A stretch of 64,000 nt of DNA from an uncultured Acidobacteriota bacterium (GTDB taxonomy: Bacteria; Acidobacteriota; UBA6911): assembly GCA_963843575.1 (NCBI GenBank), contig CAWJKZ010000015.1:224001-288000 (forward strand), written 5' to 3'. Both the position numbers and the translations under genes were made by a program. The stretch's first letter is position 1, and each line of letters begins with the position of its first letter. Shown here in pieces: positions 30,671-39,924 of the stretch. The notes under the pieces are model-generated. The model was not told the DNA's origin. It saw only the letters and a program-made list of their open reading frames with translations, and searched no databases.

Positions 30671-33600
30671 TCACTTCAACCTGGCCGCGGCCTCTGTCGC
30701 ACCGTCCTCCGCCGCCAGGACCCCGCGGGTCGCGAGATCCTCGATCCAGCGTCGGGCGTCGTCGACGCCGAGCCGGCCGATCTGCTCCAGCGCGGTCTTC
30801 CATGTGCCGGCCCGGGCCGCCAGGCTGCGCGGCAGAATTTCCTGCACGGCCAGCTCCCCCTCGGCTTCGCCGAGGAATGCCGGGATCCCCATGCCGTAGT
30901 GCAGGTCCGCCAGCCGGATTTTCAGGTCGCATATGCGCTCGAAGAGCACTTCCTCCCCGCCGGCCTGGTCCAGTTGCTCGTAGCTGTCGGGGATCGATGC
31001 CGTCGTCTGGCTGATCCCTATGCGGCGGCGCAGGAAGATGCCGTACTGATCGAGTTCGCGCTGAAAAGACGCGGACTGGTCTGCCGCCGGAACGATCGCC
31101 TTCAGTCGGATGGCCACCGGGGAGGAGAGGACGGGGCTGTTTTCGACTGTTTTTTCCCCCAACCACTGGCGGCCGAGCAGCAAGAGCTCCGATGCGGACA
31201 GGGCTGCGGCTGCCCGCAGGGGGCTGCCTGCTGCGAGCGCCTCCAACACCTCGTCGCGCCTGCGCGGGAGCAGCCTGCGCCGCAGATACGCCTCGCACCA
31301 TCGGCGCGTCTCGCCCTCGACCGCGGCCGTGGCGAGCAGCTCGCGTCCGAGCCGCACGGAGAGCGCCACGTACTCCTGCGCGCGGTCGCTCCGCAGCGCC
31401 CGGCGCACCGAGCGCATGCCTGCCAGCACCGTGGGAACGAGGCTGCGTTCCTCCCGATCGCCCAAGTCCTGGGCCCACTGTGCTGTTTCGAGACGGCTCA
31501 ACTCGAACCCGAGCCCGGAAAGCGACCCGGTGCAGTACGACCCTGTCCCGGCTTTCTGCTCGAGACGGGTCGCCGCCCACGGCCCGCCCCGGTCGGGTGC
31601 CCCGGCGAAGAAATCGTGCTTGCGGACGAAGTTCGGGTCGAAGGCCAGCACGTCGGCTTCCGGCGCCCCGTGAAAGGCGTAGCAGAAGCTGAGCAGGGTG
31701 ACTCCTAACTCGGTGTTCAACGCCTGGGCGACCTCGAGCGCGAGAGTTGCGGGCGCCGCCCCCCCCGCGCTTGGGGCGGAGGCGAGCTTGCCCGCCAGTT
31801 TTTCCAGGTCGGCCCCGGCGATCCCCTCGCGTCTGGTCCGGCCCTCGCCTGCGCGGGTGAGATCCACCGCCCGGATGAGCGACACGGCGCTGCGCAGCTG
31901 TTCGACGGTCGCGCCGGTTCCCGTCAATCGAAACGCCTCGAGGAGACGGTCCAGGGGGGTGACGCTCTGGTGCATGATTGCCGATTTCATGCGCTGCAGC
32001 TGGTAGGCAGCGGCATCGAACCGCAACCGCCTGCCGTCGTACGACAGTTCGCGGTTTTCCACGGGCCCTGCCAATCCGCCGAACAGGGTCTCGTCCGCGC
32101 CTGTCCCGACGGTTGCCTGCCGGAGGCTCGGCAGCAGTTCCTGCGAGAGGAACCGGACGGCCGCCCGGCCGAACGTGCCGTCCTCGGAACCGTTCAGCTG
32201 CGCGAGCGCGGTTTCGAGCAGTCCCAGGCCGGCGGCACGGTTGAGCGCTCCCTGGCGCGTCAGGAGTGAGATGAGGCAGATCAGCGCCTGGCCCGTGCGC
32301 ATGCGCCCCGCTCCGCGCGGGCCCGGCGCCGCGAGATCGCCGGCAAACGCGATGTAACGCCGCAGCAGGGGCGCCGGCGGCGAGAGATCGACGACGAGGT
32401 CCACCATGGATGCGGCCGCGGCCGGATTGCGCACGATCTCGCCTGCGGTCTCCCCGTCGAGCATCACGGGGTGTGTCGTCTGAAGCCAGCAGATCAACTC
32501 GATCGCGTCCAGCGGGGAAGGAGGAACCTGGGAACCGGCGGAACCCGCCCAGCCCATGAACCGGCCCAGTTCCTGATCCCGGACAACAAGCGGCTCAGTC
32601 GTCCCGGGCCGGGCCGCGTCTCCACCGGCCGGGGTTCCCGGGAACACCGCCGGGGCGAGACGCCTGTCGATCGGCAGGAGCAGGCCGCGTCCGTCCGCCT
32701 CCATCAGCGCGAACAGGCGGCCCAGGTCGGGCTGGCCGAGCTGCGACGCGGTCTTGCCGCCACGCGCGGATGTCAGGAAGACCTCGTGCAGCCTCTTCAA
32801 CCGTTCGGGTGTAGAGGTCAAGTACTGCCGGACGGAGGGGGGCGCGAGGGTGAGGGAAGCGTAGATGCGCAGGGCACGCCAGTCGTCGCGCCGGAGCAAC
32901 GCGTTCAGCGCAGGCCGGTTTCCAGGCCCGGCCGTGCCGAGCAGGGCTTCCCAGGATTTCCGTTCGCCGGGAAAGGCAAGGTTTCCGTCTGGGAGATCGA
33001 GGTATCGGCCATACGCCGACAGTTGTTCGACGACTTCCAGCAGTTCGCCGGGCCCGTAAGCCTCAACCAGTCCCGCGCGCGCGGATTTCGAACATCCGGC
33101 CAGTGCCAGATAGAGGCGCATCGCCGACGGATTCAACAGGAAGCGCTCGAGCAGGCCGTATTGTTTCTTTGCGGGAGGGAGGATCCTGTCGGCCCACACC
33201 CGGGAATCCAGCAGGATCGGGATGCGGTCCTGCTGCGGGGTGAAGCGGATTTCGCGCACCGCACGGTCGGTCAGGGGCACGCCCAGGTTGCGCAGAAATT
33301 GCTGCCGCGCCGCGGCAGCACCGCCTTGCTTGAGGGTGAGGGTGAGGTGAACCGCGCCGTCGCGGCCCTGCTTGATGCCCAGGTGCACCCCGAAGAAGCG
33401 CAGCAACTTCCGCGCGCGGTTCGTGGTCTCGGCCGTACCGTACAAGGGGAATGCCAGTTCCCTCGGCTGGTGGGGATCGAAATCCGGCGGCAGGAGCCCC
33501 TCGGCGGTCATGTGCCGCATCAACGCCGCGGAGGTGCGCAACGCCGAAACCGCGTCGCGCCGGACCGGGTCGTCCTGCAACCGGCTGTTGTGGGTGGACC

Positions 33601-35824
33601 CGCTGTCGAGGATGAGGGTGAACATGCGCTCGAGCACGTCCGTGTCACCGGGGGCCGGCACCCCTACTCCGACAGTGCGGGCGAGAATGGCCAAGCCTCC
33701 GGGAACCTCCATCGTTCCGAAGTCGGCAGGCAGCGAACCGTTGTCGGGCACGGGGACCGCAGACGGCGAGGATGAGGCCGGCAGGTCGAGTTCCTTCGCG
33801 AGCGGGTCCCCGGCGGCCCGCCCTCCCGCGCCGGCGAGCAGTGCAATGGCCGACAGGTGGGGGCGCCAGGCTGCCCGGAGCTGTCCGGACACTTCCGGCG
33901 GCGCGGTGCGCAACATGGCCCGGTAGTCGAGGAGCGCCTGGCCATACTCGCCCCGTCTTTCGCGCAGCGCCGCCGCGGCCCGGTAGAGGTCGTGCGCGTC
34001 CGGCCCAGCCGCGGCTGCCGCGGATTCCCAGATTGTTGCGGCCTCCTCCAGCGCCCCGATGTCGCTCAGGATGTCGCCCAGCGTGCGACGGGCTCCCTGA
34101 TCCGATGGATCGGTCTCGATCGACTTCTGGAGAAAGGCGATGGCGTCGCGTTCCCGCCTGGCACGCCTGAGTGCGTCCACATATTGCCGGGCCAGGTCGC
34201 GCCGCCCTGGAGCGAGCGTCAGCGCCCTGTGCAGGCTTTCGATCGCCGGAAGCCACTCCCGGAGCCCAGCATGCACTGCCGCGAGACCGGCAAGTGTCTC
34301 CGGCTCCGTGGAGTTACGCTCCGCGGCCTTGGCTGCCCATTCGTGGGCGCGGGCGGAATCCCCCTCTGCGGCAAAGGTCTGTGCGAGCAGCACCATCGCG
34401 CGCACGTTGTTCCGGTCGGCTTCCAACGCGACGGTCAGCTGGGAGCGGGCCTCGTCGCGCAGCCCGAGACGCAACAGGACGTCGGCGGACTCGGCCAGGA
34501 CGCCCGGGTCCCGCTGGCCCTCGAGTGCGTCGGCAAACAATTCTCTGGCCGCCGCAAGTTCCCCGGTCGCGGCGTAGAGGCGGGCCAACTCGAGCCGCAG
34601 CTCCGGCGACGGCGCGCGATCCTTGGGCAGCAGTTTCTGCAGCCGCGGCAGCACGTCGGCCGCATTTCCCATGCGCCGGGAGGCGGATGCGAAGAGTACG
34701 AGGATGCGTTCGTCGGGACCCGCCCCGGCGATCCCCCGTGCCGCGGCCTCCCGGGCCGAGGGAAAGTCCCCGAGTTCCAGGGCGGATTCGGCTGAAAGCA
34801 GGTAACCTTCCGGATTCCAGCGGTCCTCCTCGATGGCCGAGTCGGCGAAGCGCCGGGCGAGGGTGAAGTTGCCGTCGGACCGCGCATCGCGCGCGCGTCG
34901 GATCCAGTCCAGGGCCTGCTGCATGCCACGGTGGCCGGGTGGCCGGCCGCCGTCCCGCCCCCAGAACGCCTCTGGGGCGCGCAGCCTCGATTCCGATCCA
35001 TCCGCCGTCGGGCAGCGCACGTCCAGGGTTGTCGTGCGGCCCGGTTCTTCGAGTTGAAGCTCGACGTCCAGCGTGATGGCGCGTCCGCGCGCCCCTGCAA
35101 GCCGCTCGAGCAGGTTTGTCGGAGCGGTGCCCGTCCCCCACGCCATCCCGCCGCTGCCGGTACAGGCGCGTCTGAGAATCCCGTCCCCGTCGAGCCAGCC
35201 GTAGAGTGTGCTTCCCTGGCCGAATGCGGCGGAGGCGAGCCGGCGCGCCATGCCCTCGTTCAGGTAGGCGCTCGCTTCGCCCTCGAAGAGGCGGTCGCGG
35301 AACAGAAGCAGGCAGTCCACCGGGCCCGCGGCCTCCTGCTCGGCGCGACCGACCAACTCGGAGATGGAGTCCAGCGTGCGCCCTGCCGTCAACGGCTCGG
35401 CAGGCTGCTCCGGGACATAGCTCGTCACGGCATGATCGAGCACGGTTGCGACCTCGCGCATGTCGGCCACCTCCGGGCCGAGGATGCCGTCGAGGACCGG
35501 GATGCCGATCCGCACCCGCCACGGGCCCGAACGGGGCGCCGCCAGTGCCTGCGCAAACCGGCCGAGGCGGGCCCGCAGTTCCTGGCGGGAGTAGGAATTC
35601 GGATCGATCAGAATCAGGAGCGGGCGATGTTGCGATGGTGCGGCCGCGGAGAGGACGCGCGCCCGTGACCCCGCGGCTGCCACGCTCACGCCGTCGGGCC
35701 GTACGGCGCCGGATTCAGAATATGCCGTGAACCGCGTGCGCACGGCCTGGTCCGCCGCAGCGACGACTCCGAGAGACAGACATAAAGTCGCGATGACCCC
35801 GAAGTAACAGCGACACGCGATCAT
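30671..35824 (-). CDS. Very large secreted TPR protein (1717 aa)
   Basis: Signal peptide, degenerate VWA-like N-domain, TPR block at about aa 300-650, then about 1000 aa with no motif I recognise. Confidence 0.8.
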   Translation of the reverse strand: MIACRCYFGVIATLCLSLGVVAAADQAVRTRFTAYSESGAVRPDGVSVAAAGSRARVLSAAAPSQHRPLLILIDPNSYSRQELRARLGRFAQALAAPRSGPWRVRIGIPVLDGILGPEVADMREVATVLDHAVTSYVPEQPAEPLTAGRTLDSISELVGRAEQEAAGPVDCLLLFRDRLFEGEASAYLNEGMARRLASAAFGQGSTLYGWLDGDGILRRACTGSGGMAWGTGTAPTNLLERLAGARGRAITLDVELQLEEPGRTTTLDVRCPTADGSESRLRAPEAFWGRDGGRPPGHRGMQQALDWIRRARDARSDGNFTLARRFADSAIEEDRWNPEGYLLSAESALELGDFPSAREAAARGIAGAGPDERILVLFASASRRMGNAADVLPRLQKLLPKDRAPSPELRLELARLYAATGELAAARELFADALEGQRDPGVLAESADVLLRLGLRDEARSQLTVALEADRNNVRAMVLLAQTFAAEGDSARAHEWAAKAAERNSTEPETLAGLAAVHAGLREWLPAIESLHRALTLAPGRRDLARQYVDALRRARRERDAIAFLQKSIETDPSDQGARRTLGDILSDIGALEEAATIWESAAAAAGPDAHDLYRAAAALRERRGEYGQALLDYRAMLRTAPPEVSGQLRAAWRPHLSAIALLAGAGGRAAGDPLAKELDLPASSSPSAVPVPDNGSLPADFGTMEVPGGLAILARTVGVGVPAPGDTDVLERMFTLILDSGSTHNSRLQDDPVRRDAVSALRTSAALMRHMTAEGLLPPDFDPHQPRELAFPLYGTAETTNRARKLLRFFGVHLGIKQGRDGAVHLTLTLKQGGAAAARQQFLRNLGVPLTDRAVREIRFTPQQDRIPILLDSRVWADRILPPAKKQYGLLERFLLNPSAMRLYLALAGCSKSARAGLVEAYGPGELLEVVEQLSAYGRYLDLPDGNLAFPGERKSWEALLGTAGPGNRPALNALLRRDDWRALRIYASLTLAPPSVRQYLTSTPERLKRLHEVFLTSARGGKTASQLGQPDLGRLFALMEADGRGLLLPIDRRLAPAVFPGTPAGGDAARPGTTEPLVVRDQELGRFMGWAGSAGSQVPPSPLDAIELICWLQTTHPVMLDGETAGEIVRNPAAAASMVDLVVDLSPPAPLLRRYIAFAGDLAAPGPRGAGRMRTGQALICLISLLTRQGALNRAAGLGLLETALAQLNGSEDGTFGRAAVRFLSQELLPSLRQATVGTGADETLFGGLAGPVENRELSYDGRRLRFDAAAYQLQRMKSAIMHQSVTPLDRLLEAFRLTGTGATVEQLRSAVSLIRAVDLTRAGEGRTRREGIAGADLEKLAGKLASAPSAGGAAPATLALEVAQALNTELGVTLLSFCYAFHGAPEADVLAFDPNFVRKHDFFAGAPDRGGPWAATRLEQKAGTGSYCTGSLSGLGFELSRLETAQWAQDLGDREERSLVPTVLAGMRSVRRALRSDRAQEYVALSVRLGRELLATAAVEGETRRWCEAYLRRRLLPRRRDEVLEALAAGSPLRAAAALSASELLLLGRQWLGEKTVENSPVLSSPVAIRLKAIVPAADQSASFQRELDQYGIFLRRRIGISQTTASIPDSYEQLDQAGGEEVLFERICDLKIRLADLHYGMGIPAFLGEAEGELAVQEILPRSLAARAGTWKTALEQIGRLGVDDARRWIEDLATRGVLAAEDGATEAAARLK

Positions 35825-36136
35825 GCGGTCTCCTAGACCGGCAGGCAGTGGGGGGCGGGCTTCACCGCGTGCGTTGCTCGAACGTCCGACCGGTACGACT
35901 GCCAGGAGGCAAATCTGGAATGCGCGACACGGCGGCCGCAGCCCACTGCTGCATTTGAGTTGTGACGAAGAGGTCGAGCCCGGAAAAAAGAGAACGTCAG
36001 AGTTGGAACGTGCCCGACCTGCACCCGAATGGTTTGATTATAACAGGCTCCCGGGATCAGTTCCTGAGAATTGAGCAAAAAGACACTTCTCAAGGCCTGA
36101 CCCCCGATGCCGCGCGCGTGTTAAGATCCGGGTGCC

Positions 36137-37420
36137 ATGAAGAAGTCGAAGGTCGCCATCGTTCGCACCCGGCCGGGCACGGTGTTGGCGGACTATCACC
36201 GGCTGATGAACCTCGCCGGCTACCAGGAGACGATTTCCCGGAACGCCGACACCGCGCTCAAGATCAACGTGAGCTGGCACTTTTTTTACCCCGCGTGTTC
36301 GACGACCCCGTGGCAACTCGAGGGCGTCGTCCGCAGCATGATCAGCGACGGGTACGACAGGTCCCGCATACACGGCTGCCACAACCGCACCGTCGTCATC
36401 GACGCCCGCCTGGGTGAGAGGGAAAACAAGCAGCTCAACGTTCTGCAGGCACACGGGCTGCGCAACGTTCACCTGTACGAAGAACCCGAGTGGGTGCGGA
36501 TCGGTGACGCCGTCGGAGACCTGACAAAACAGTTCCTTTGTTTAAACGAGGTGTATCCGAAGGGTTTTTCAATCCCGCGCCGTCTGATCGGGGAGAACGT
36601 CATCCACCTGCCCACGGTGAAGACGCACGTGTTTACGACCGTCACCGGGGCGATGAAGAACGCCTTCGGCGGGCTCCTGAACGAACGGCGCCACTGGACG
36701 CACCCGGTGATCCACGAGACCCTGGTCGATCTCCTGAGGATTCAGCGGAAGATCCACCCCGGCGTATTCGCCGTAATGGACGGCACTTTTGCGGGCGACG
36801 GGCCGGGGCCGCGCTGCATGACTCCCCACGTCAAGAACGTCCTGCTGGCCTCTGCCGACCAGGTGGCGATAGACGCCGCGGCGGCCAGGCTGATGGGCTT
36901 CGATCCGATGAAGATCCGGTTCATCCGTCTGGCGCACGACGCGGGGCTGGGGTGCGGCGATCCGGCCGAACTGGAAGTAGTCGGCGACAGCGACGCGGCC
37001 GACGAGAATTGGCATTTCGACGGCCCGTTCCGGAAGATGACCTTCGCCAGCCGCATGCAGCACAAGATCTACTGGGGGGCCTTCAAGCGGCCGCTGGAAT
37101 GGTCGCTGAAGACGGTCCTTGCCCCCTGGTCGTATATCGCCAGCGTCTTGTATCACGACATGTTCTGGTATCCGGCCCACCGCCGGAGGGTCGAAGAGGC
37201 GCTCAGCAGCGAGTGGGGCAGGCTCTTCGCTAACTGGGAATCGCTCGCGCCGCCGCCGCAGGAACTCGAAGTGGCCGGTTGGGCTTCGACCGGCGAGCCG
37301 CCGCCAGGCCACCGCACCAGGACGCTGCACTTGATGGGCCAGGCGTTCCGGGTCCTCGGAGCCTGCATCGTTCGGGCCCCCGAGTTCACGGCCGCGCGAC
37401 ACCATCCGCGGCGCGGGTGA
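36137..37420 (+). CDS. DUF362 domain protein
   Basis: LKINVSW, HLPTVKTHVFTTVTGAMKNAFGGL, DQVAID. Confidence 0.85.
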   Translation: MKKSKVAIVRTRPGTVLADYHRLMNLAGYQETISRNADTALKINVSWHFFYPACSTTPWQLEGVVRSMISDGYDRSRIHGCHNRTVVIDARLGERENKQLNVLQAHGLRNVHLYEEPEWVRIGDAVGDLTKQFLCLNEVYPKGFSIPRRLIGENVIHLPTVKTHVFTTVTGAMKNAFGGLLNERRHWTHPVIHETLVDLLRIQRKIHPGVFAVMDGTFAGDGPGPRCMTPHVKNVLLASADQVAIDAAAARLMGFDPMKIRFIRLAHDAGLGCGDPAELEVVGDSDAADENWHFDGPFRKMTFASRMQHKIYWGAFKRPLEWSLKTVLAPWSYIASVLYHDMFWYPAHRRRVEEALSSEWGRLFANWESLAPPPQELEVAGWASTGEPPPGHRTRTLHLMGQAFRVLGACIVRAPEFTAARHHPRRG

Positions 37421-37424
37421 TGGT

Positions 37425-38351
37425 ATGCAGCTGTCTGAAGAACGCACGCCACGCCCGCACACCAGGCCGTCCCTGTGGCCGTACCTCACGGAGATGCGTC
37501 CGCTCCACTGGGTGAAAAACCTCCTGCTGTTCGCGCCGCTCCTGCTCGCGCACGAGTTCGGCAATGCGCCCCTCTATGGGAGGCTCCTGGCGGCTTTCGC
37601 CGCGCTGAGCCTGTGCACCTCCGCGGCATACATTTTCAACGACCTCCTCGACGTCGCATCCGACCGTCGCCACCCCGTCAAAAGGAATCGCCCCATAGCG
37701 AACGGCGAGATCCCTTTCCCCGCCGCGTGGACGCTTGCGGGCGTCCTGCTCGCCATATCGTTACTGGCCAGCGCCCTGCTGCTTGGGTACGGTTTCACCG
37801 TGACGCTCCTGCTCTACCTCGCCTTCTCGCTGGCCTATTCCCTGCGGATCAAGCGTGTCCCGCTGCTGGACGTCCTCGCGCTGTCGGGGTTATACGCCTT
37901 CCGCATCTTCATGGGTGGGGTCGCGACCGCGGTGACCATTTCGCAGTGGCTGCTAGCCTTCTCGAGTTTCTTCTTCCTCGGGATCGCGTTTGTGAAGCGC
38001 TATGTCGAACTGCGGGACTGGCAGTCGATGCCGGGAGGTGCCCTCCCGGGGAGAAACTACCGCGCCGAGGATGTCCAGGTCGTGCGTATTTCCGGTATCG
38101 CCAGCGCGTACATGAGCGTCGTCATCTTCTTCCTCTACATAGCAAACAGCCGCGAGGCGGTCACCCTCTACCGCCACCCGGAGTGGTTGTGGGCGATCGG
38201 CCCGCTCCTGATCTACTGGCACACCCGCCTCTGGATGCTCGCAGAGCACCGCGAGATAGACAGCGATCCGCTGGTGTTTGTCGTAAAGGACCCGCCCAGC
38301 TGGGTTGTGGGGGCGTGCGCGGCCGCCTGCGTCCTCCTGGCAACAATCTGA
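37425..38351 (+). CDS. UbiA-family prenyltransferase, decaprenyl-phosphate phosphoribosyltransferase-like
   Basis: MRPLHWVKNLL, YIFNDLLDVASDRRHPVKRNRPIA, KRYVEL, DSDPLVF..KD. Confidence 0.88.
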   Translation: MQLSEERTPRPHTRPSLWPYLTEMRPLHWVKNLLLFAPLLLAHEFGNAPLYGRLLAAFAALSLCTSAAYIFNDLLDVASDRRHPVKRNRPIANGEIPFPAAWTLAGVLLAISLLASALLLGYGFTVTLLLYLAFSLAYSLRIKRVPLLDVLALSGLYAFRIFMGGVATAVTISQWLLAFSSFFFLGIAFVKRYVELRDWQSMPGGALPGRNYRAEDVQVVRISGIASAYMSVVIFFLYIANSREAVTLYRHPEWLWAIGPLLIYWHTRLWMLAEHREIDSDPLVFVVKDPPSWVVGACAAACVLLATI

Positions 38352-38354
38352 GTC

Positions 38355-38487
38355 GCGCCGCGCAAATACAACTGCAACAACCAGCCACGGAATCCACGGA
38401 ATTTCAAAATTGGGTTTTCCGTGTTCTTCCGCGTCTTCCGTGGCAAGGTTTGGCTTGTCTGCGCCGCGCAAATACAACCGCCACAGG
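38355..38487 (+). repeat. Repeat family A flanked by an 18-bp direct repeat
   Basis: gcgccgcgcaaatacaac at 38355-38372 and 38461-38478 around gccacggaatccacggaa...ttccgtgttcttccgcgtcttccgtggc. Confidence 0.85.
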
Positions 38488-39765
38488 TTAACGACCCGGC
38501 ACCACCGTGTAACTCCGGGTGCCCGGATTCCAGGCGAGCTGCGGGCAGCCAGGGCAGGCGTCCGCCGGCTCGTTCACATGAATCAGCGAAGGCTGCCAGC
38601 CGGGGAGCGTCAGGGCGGTGTTCGCGCCAATCCACGGGTTTTCCGGGAATTGGGTGACCAGCACGGGCCGCGGTGTCATGCCTCGCAGTCGCGCCACCAG
38701 CTCGGCGGTCGGGGCGGCCCTGGCGATGTACTGCGGGTCCTTTACGAGCCAGAGATACGCGATATTGACAACAACAAAGGCGGCGACGTACCCGGTGAGC
38801 CAGCGGCCGCGTGTCCCCGCACCAACCAGCGACGCGATGAGCCAGGCGAGCCCCACGGCGGCGAGGTACTGGTTGCGGCTCGGGACGTGCGTCTGATAGG
38901 TGAGGAAAATGTACGGAAGCAGGCAGAAGACGATCCAGGCCGCCGACGCGGTCGTTTTTTTGAGTGAGGGCCGAACGCCTCGGGCCAGGGCAAGCGCGAC
39001 GGCCAGGTAGCCCCAGGGGAAAAGCATGCGGTGCGCGCTGTTGACGAGCACCCAGGCGGCGCGCGGGTGGACCTCGTAAAGCCCGTGACTCAGCAGGGCA
39101 TTCGTCTTCATGGTCGCGATGTAGACCGCAGCAAACGGCGCGACCAGGGCGGCCATCAACAGGTACTCTTTCCGGAAGCGCCACCTGCCGGAGTCGACAT
39201 AGTCCACGAGGGGCACCAGGAGCAGCAGGACGAGCCCCGATTCCTTGCTGAAGAGGGCGGCTGCGCCTAGCACCGTGAACCAGCCGAACCGCTCGTGCGT
39301 CCACGCCAGCAGCGCTCCGAGGACGCACGCTGTCATCAGCGGCTCGTTCATTCCCGCGAGCCACATCACCCCTTCCTGCGGATTCTGGTAGACGACAAAG
39401 AACACTGCCGCGAGCGCCGCGATTTGCCGCCCGGCGGCGAGCCGGTCCGTCAGCTTCCAGACCATCAAGGTATTGGCGAGGTGAAGGGCCATGGAGAAGG
39501 CGTAGAAGAACTCCGGGCGGTAGCCCGCCAGCATTTTGAGGAGGGCGAAGCAGGCATAACACGTGGCCCTGAACGTCTCCGGGGGTATGGACAACAGATA
39601 GGCCGGGTCCCGTTTGAGGTCCTCGAGCCGGCCGAGCACCACGTAGTCGTCCGAGATGAAGCCGTTGTTGAATGCGGGTGCGTAGGCCGCCAGGACCAGG
39701 CCCGCGAGCAGAAGAGGGAAAGCCCAGTTTCTTGCCGCGGCGGCAAGTCGCGTGCTGCGTGTCAT
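38488..39765 (-). CDS. Polytopic membrane protein, GT-C-fold glycosyltransferase-like
   Basis: GFISDDY loop after TM1, LHLAN, EGVMWLAG, ALFSKE; many TM helices. Confidence 0.7.
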   Translation of the reverse strand: MTRSTRLAAAARNWAFPLLLAGLVLAAYAPAFNNGFISDDYVVLGRLEDLKRDPAYLLSIPPETFRATCYACFALLKMLAGYRPEFFYAFSMALHLANTLMVWKLTDRLAAGRQIAALAAVFFVVYQNPQEGVMWLAGMNEPLMTACVLGALLAWTHERFGWFTVLGAAALFSKESGLVLLLLVPLVDYVDSGRWRFRKEYLLMAALVAPFAAVYIATMKTNALLSHGLYEVHPRAAWVLVNSAHRMLFPWGYLAVALALARGVRPSLKKTTASAAWIVFCLLPYIFLTYQTHVPSRNQYLAAVGLAWLIASLVGAGTRGRWLTGYVAAFVVVNIAYLWLVKDPQYIARAAPTAELVARLRGMTPRPVLVTQFPENPWIGANTALTLPGWQPSLIHVNEPADACPGCPQLAWNPGTRSYTVVPGR

Positions 39766-39924
39766 CCCTGGCCCGTCTCCTTCGCGGTGGCGGCATTATA
39801 ATACCGTTCAAGAGCTTCTTCCGGGCGCGGCGGCCGAATTCGCTTTGAGCCTGCCGACTCTCGCGATAATACTCGGGAGAGCCGCTCCCGAAGTCCGGGG
39901 GACAACTCGAGAGGAGAGAACTCC

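Noticed and set aside
29756-31708. Long antisense or alternate-frame ORFs (also 3803-5041, 44866-46584, 60581-62707, 61793-63541)
   Set aside because: Shadow ORFs typical of high-GC DNA, overlapping well-supported genes and lacking motifs
35838-35955. Riboswitch upstream of the giant TPR gene
   Set aside because: Only an 8-bp gcagtggg/cccactgc inverted repeat; no recognisable aptamer consensus
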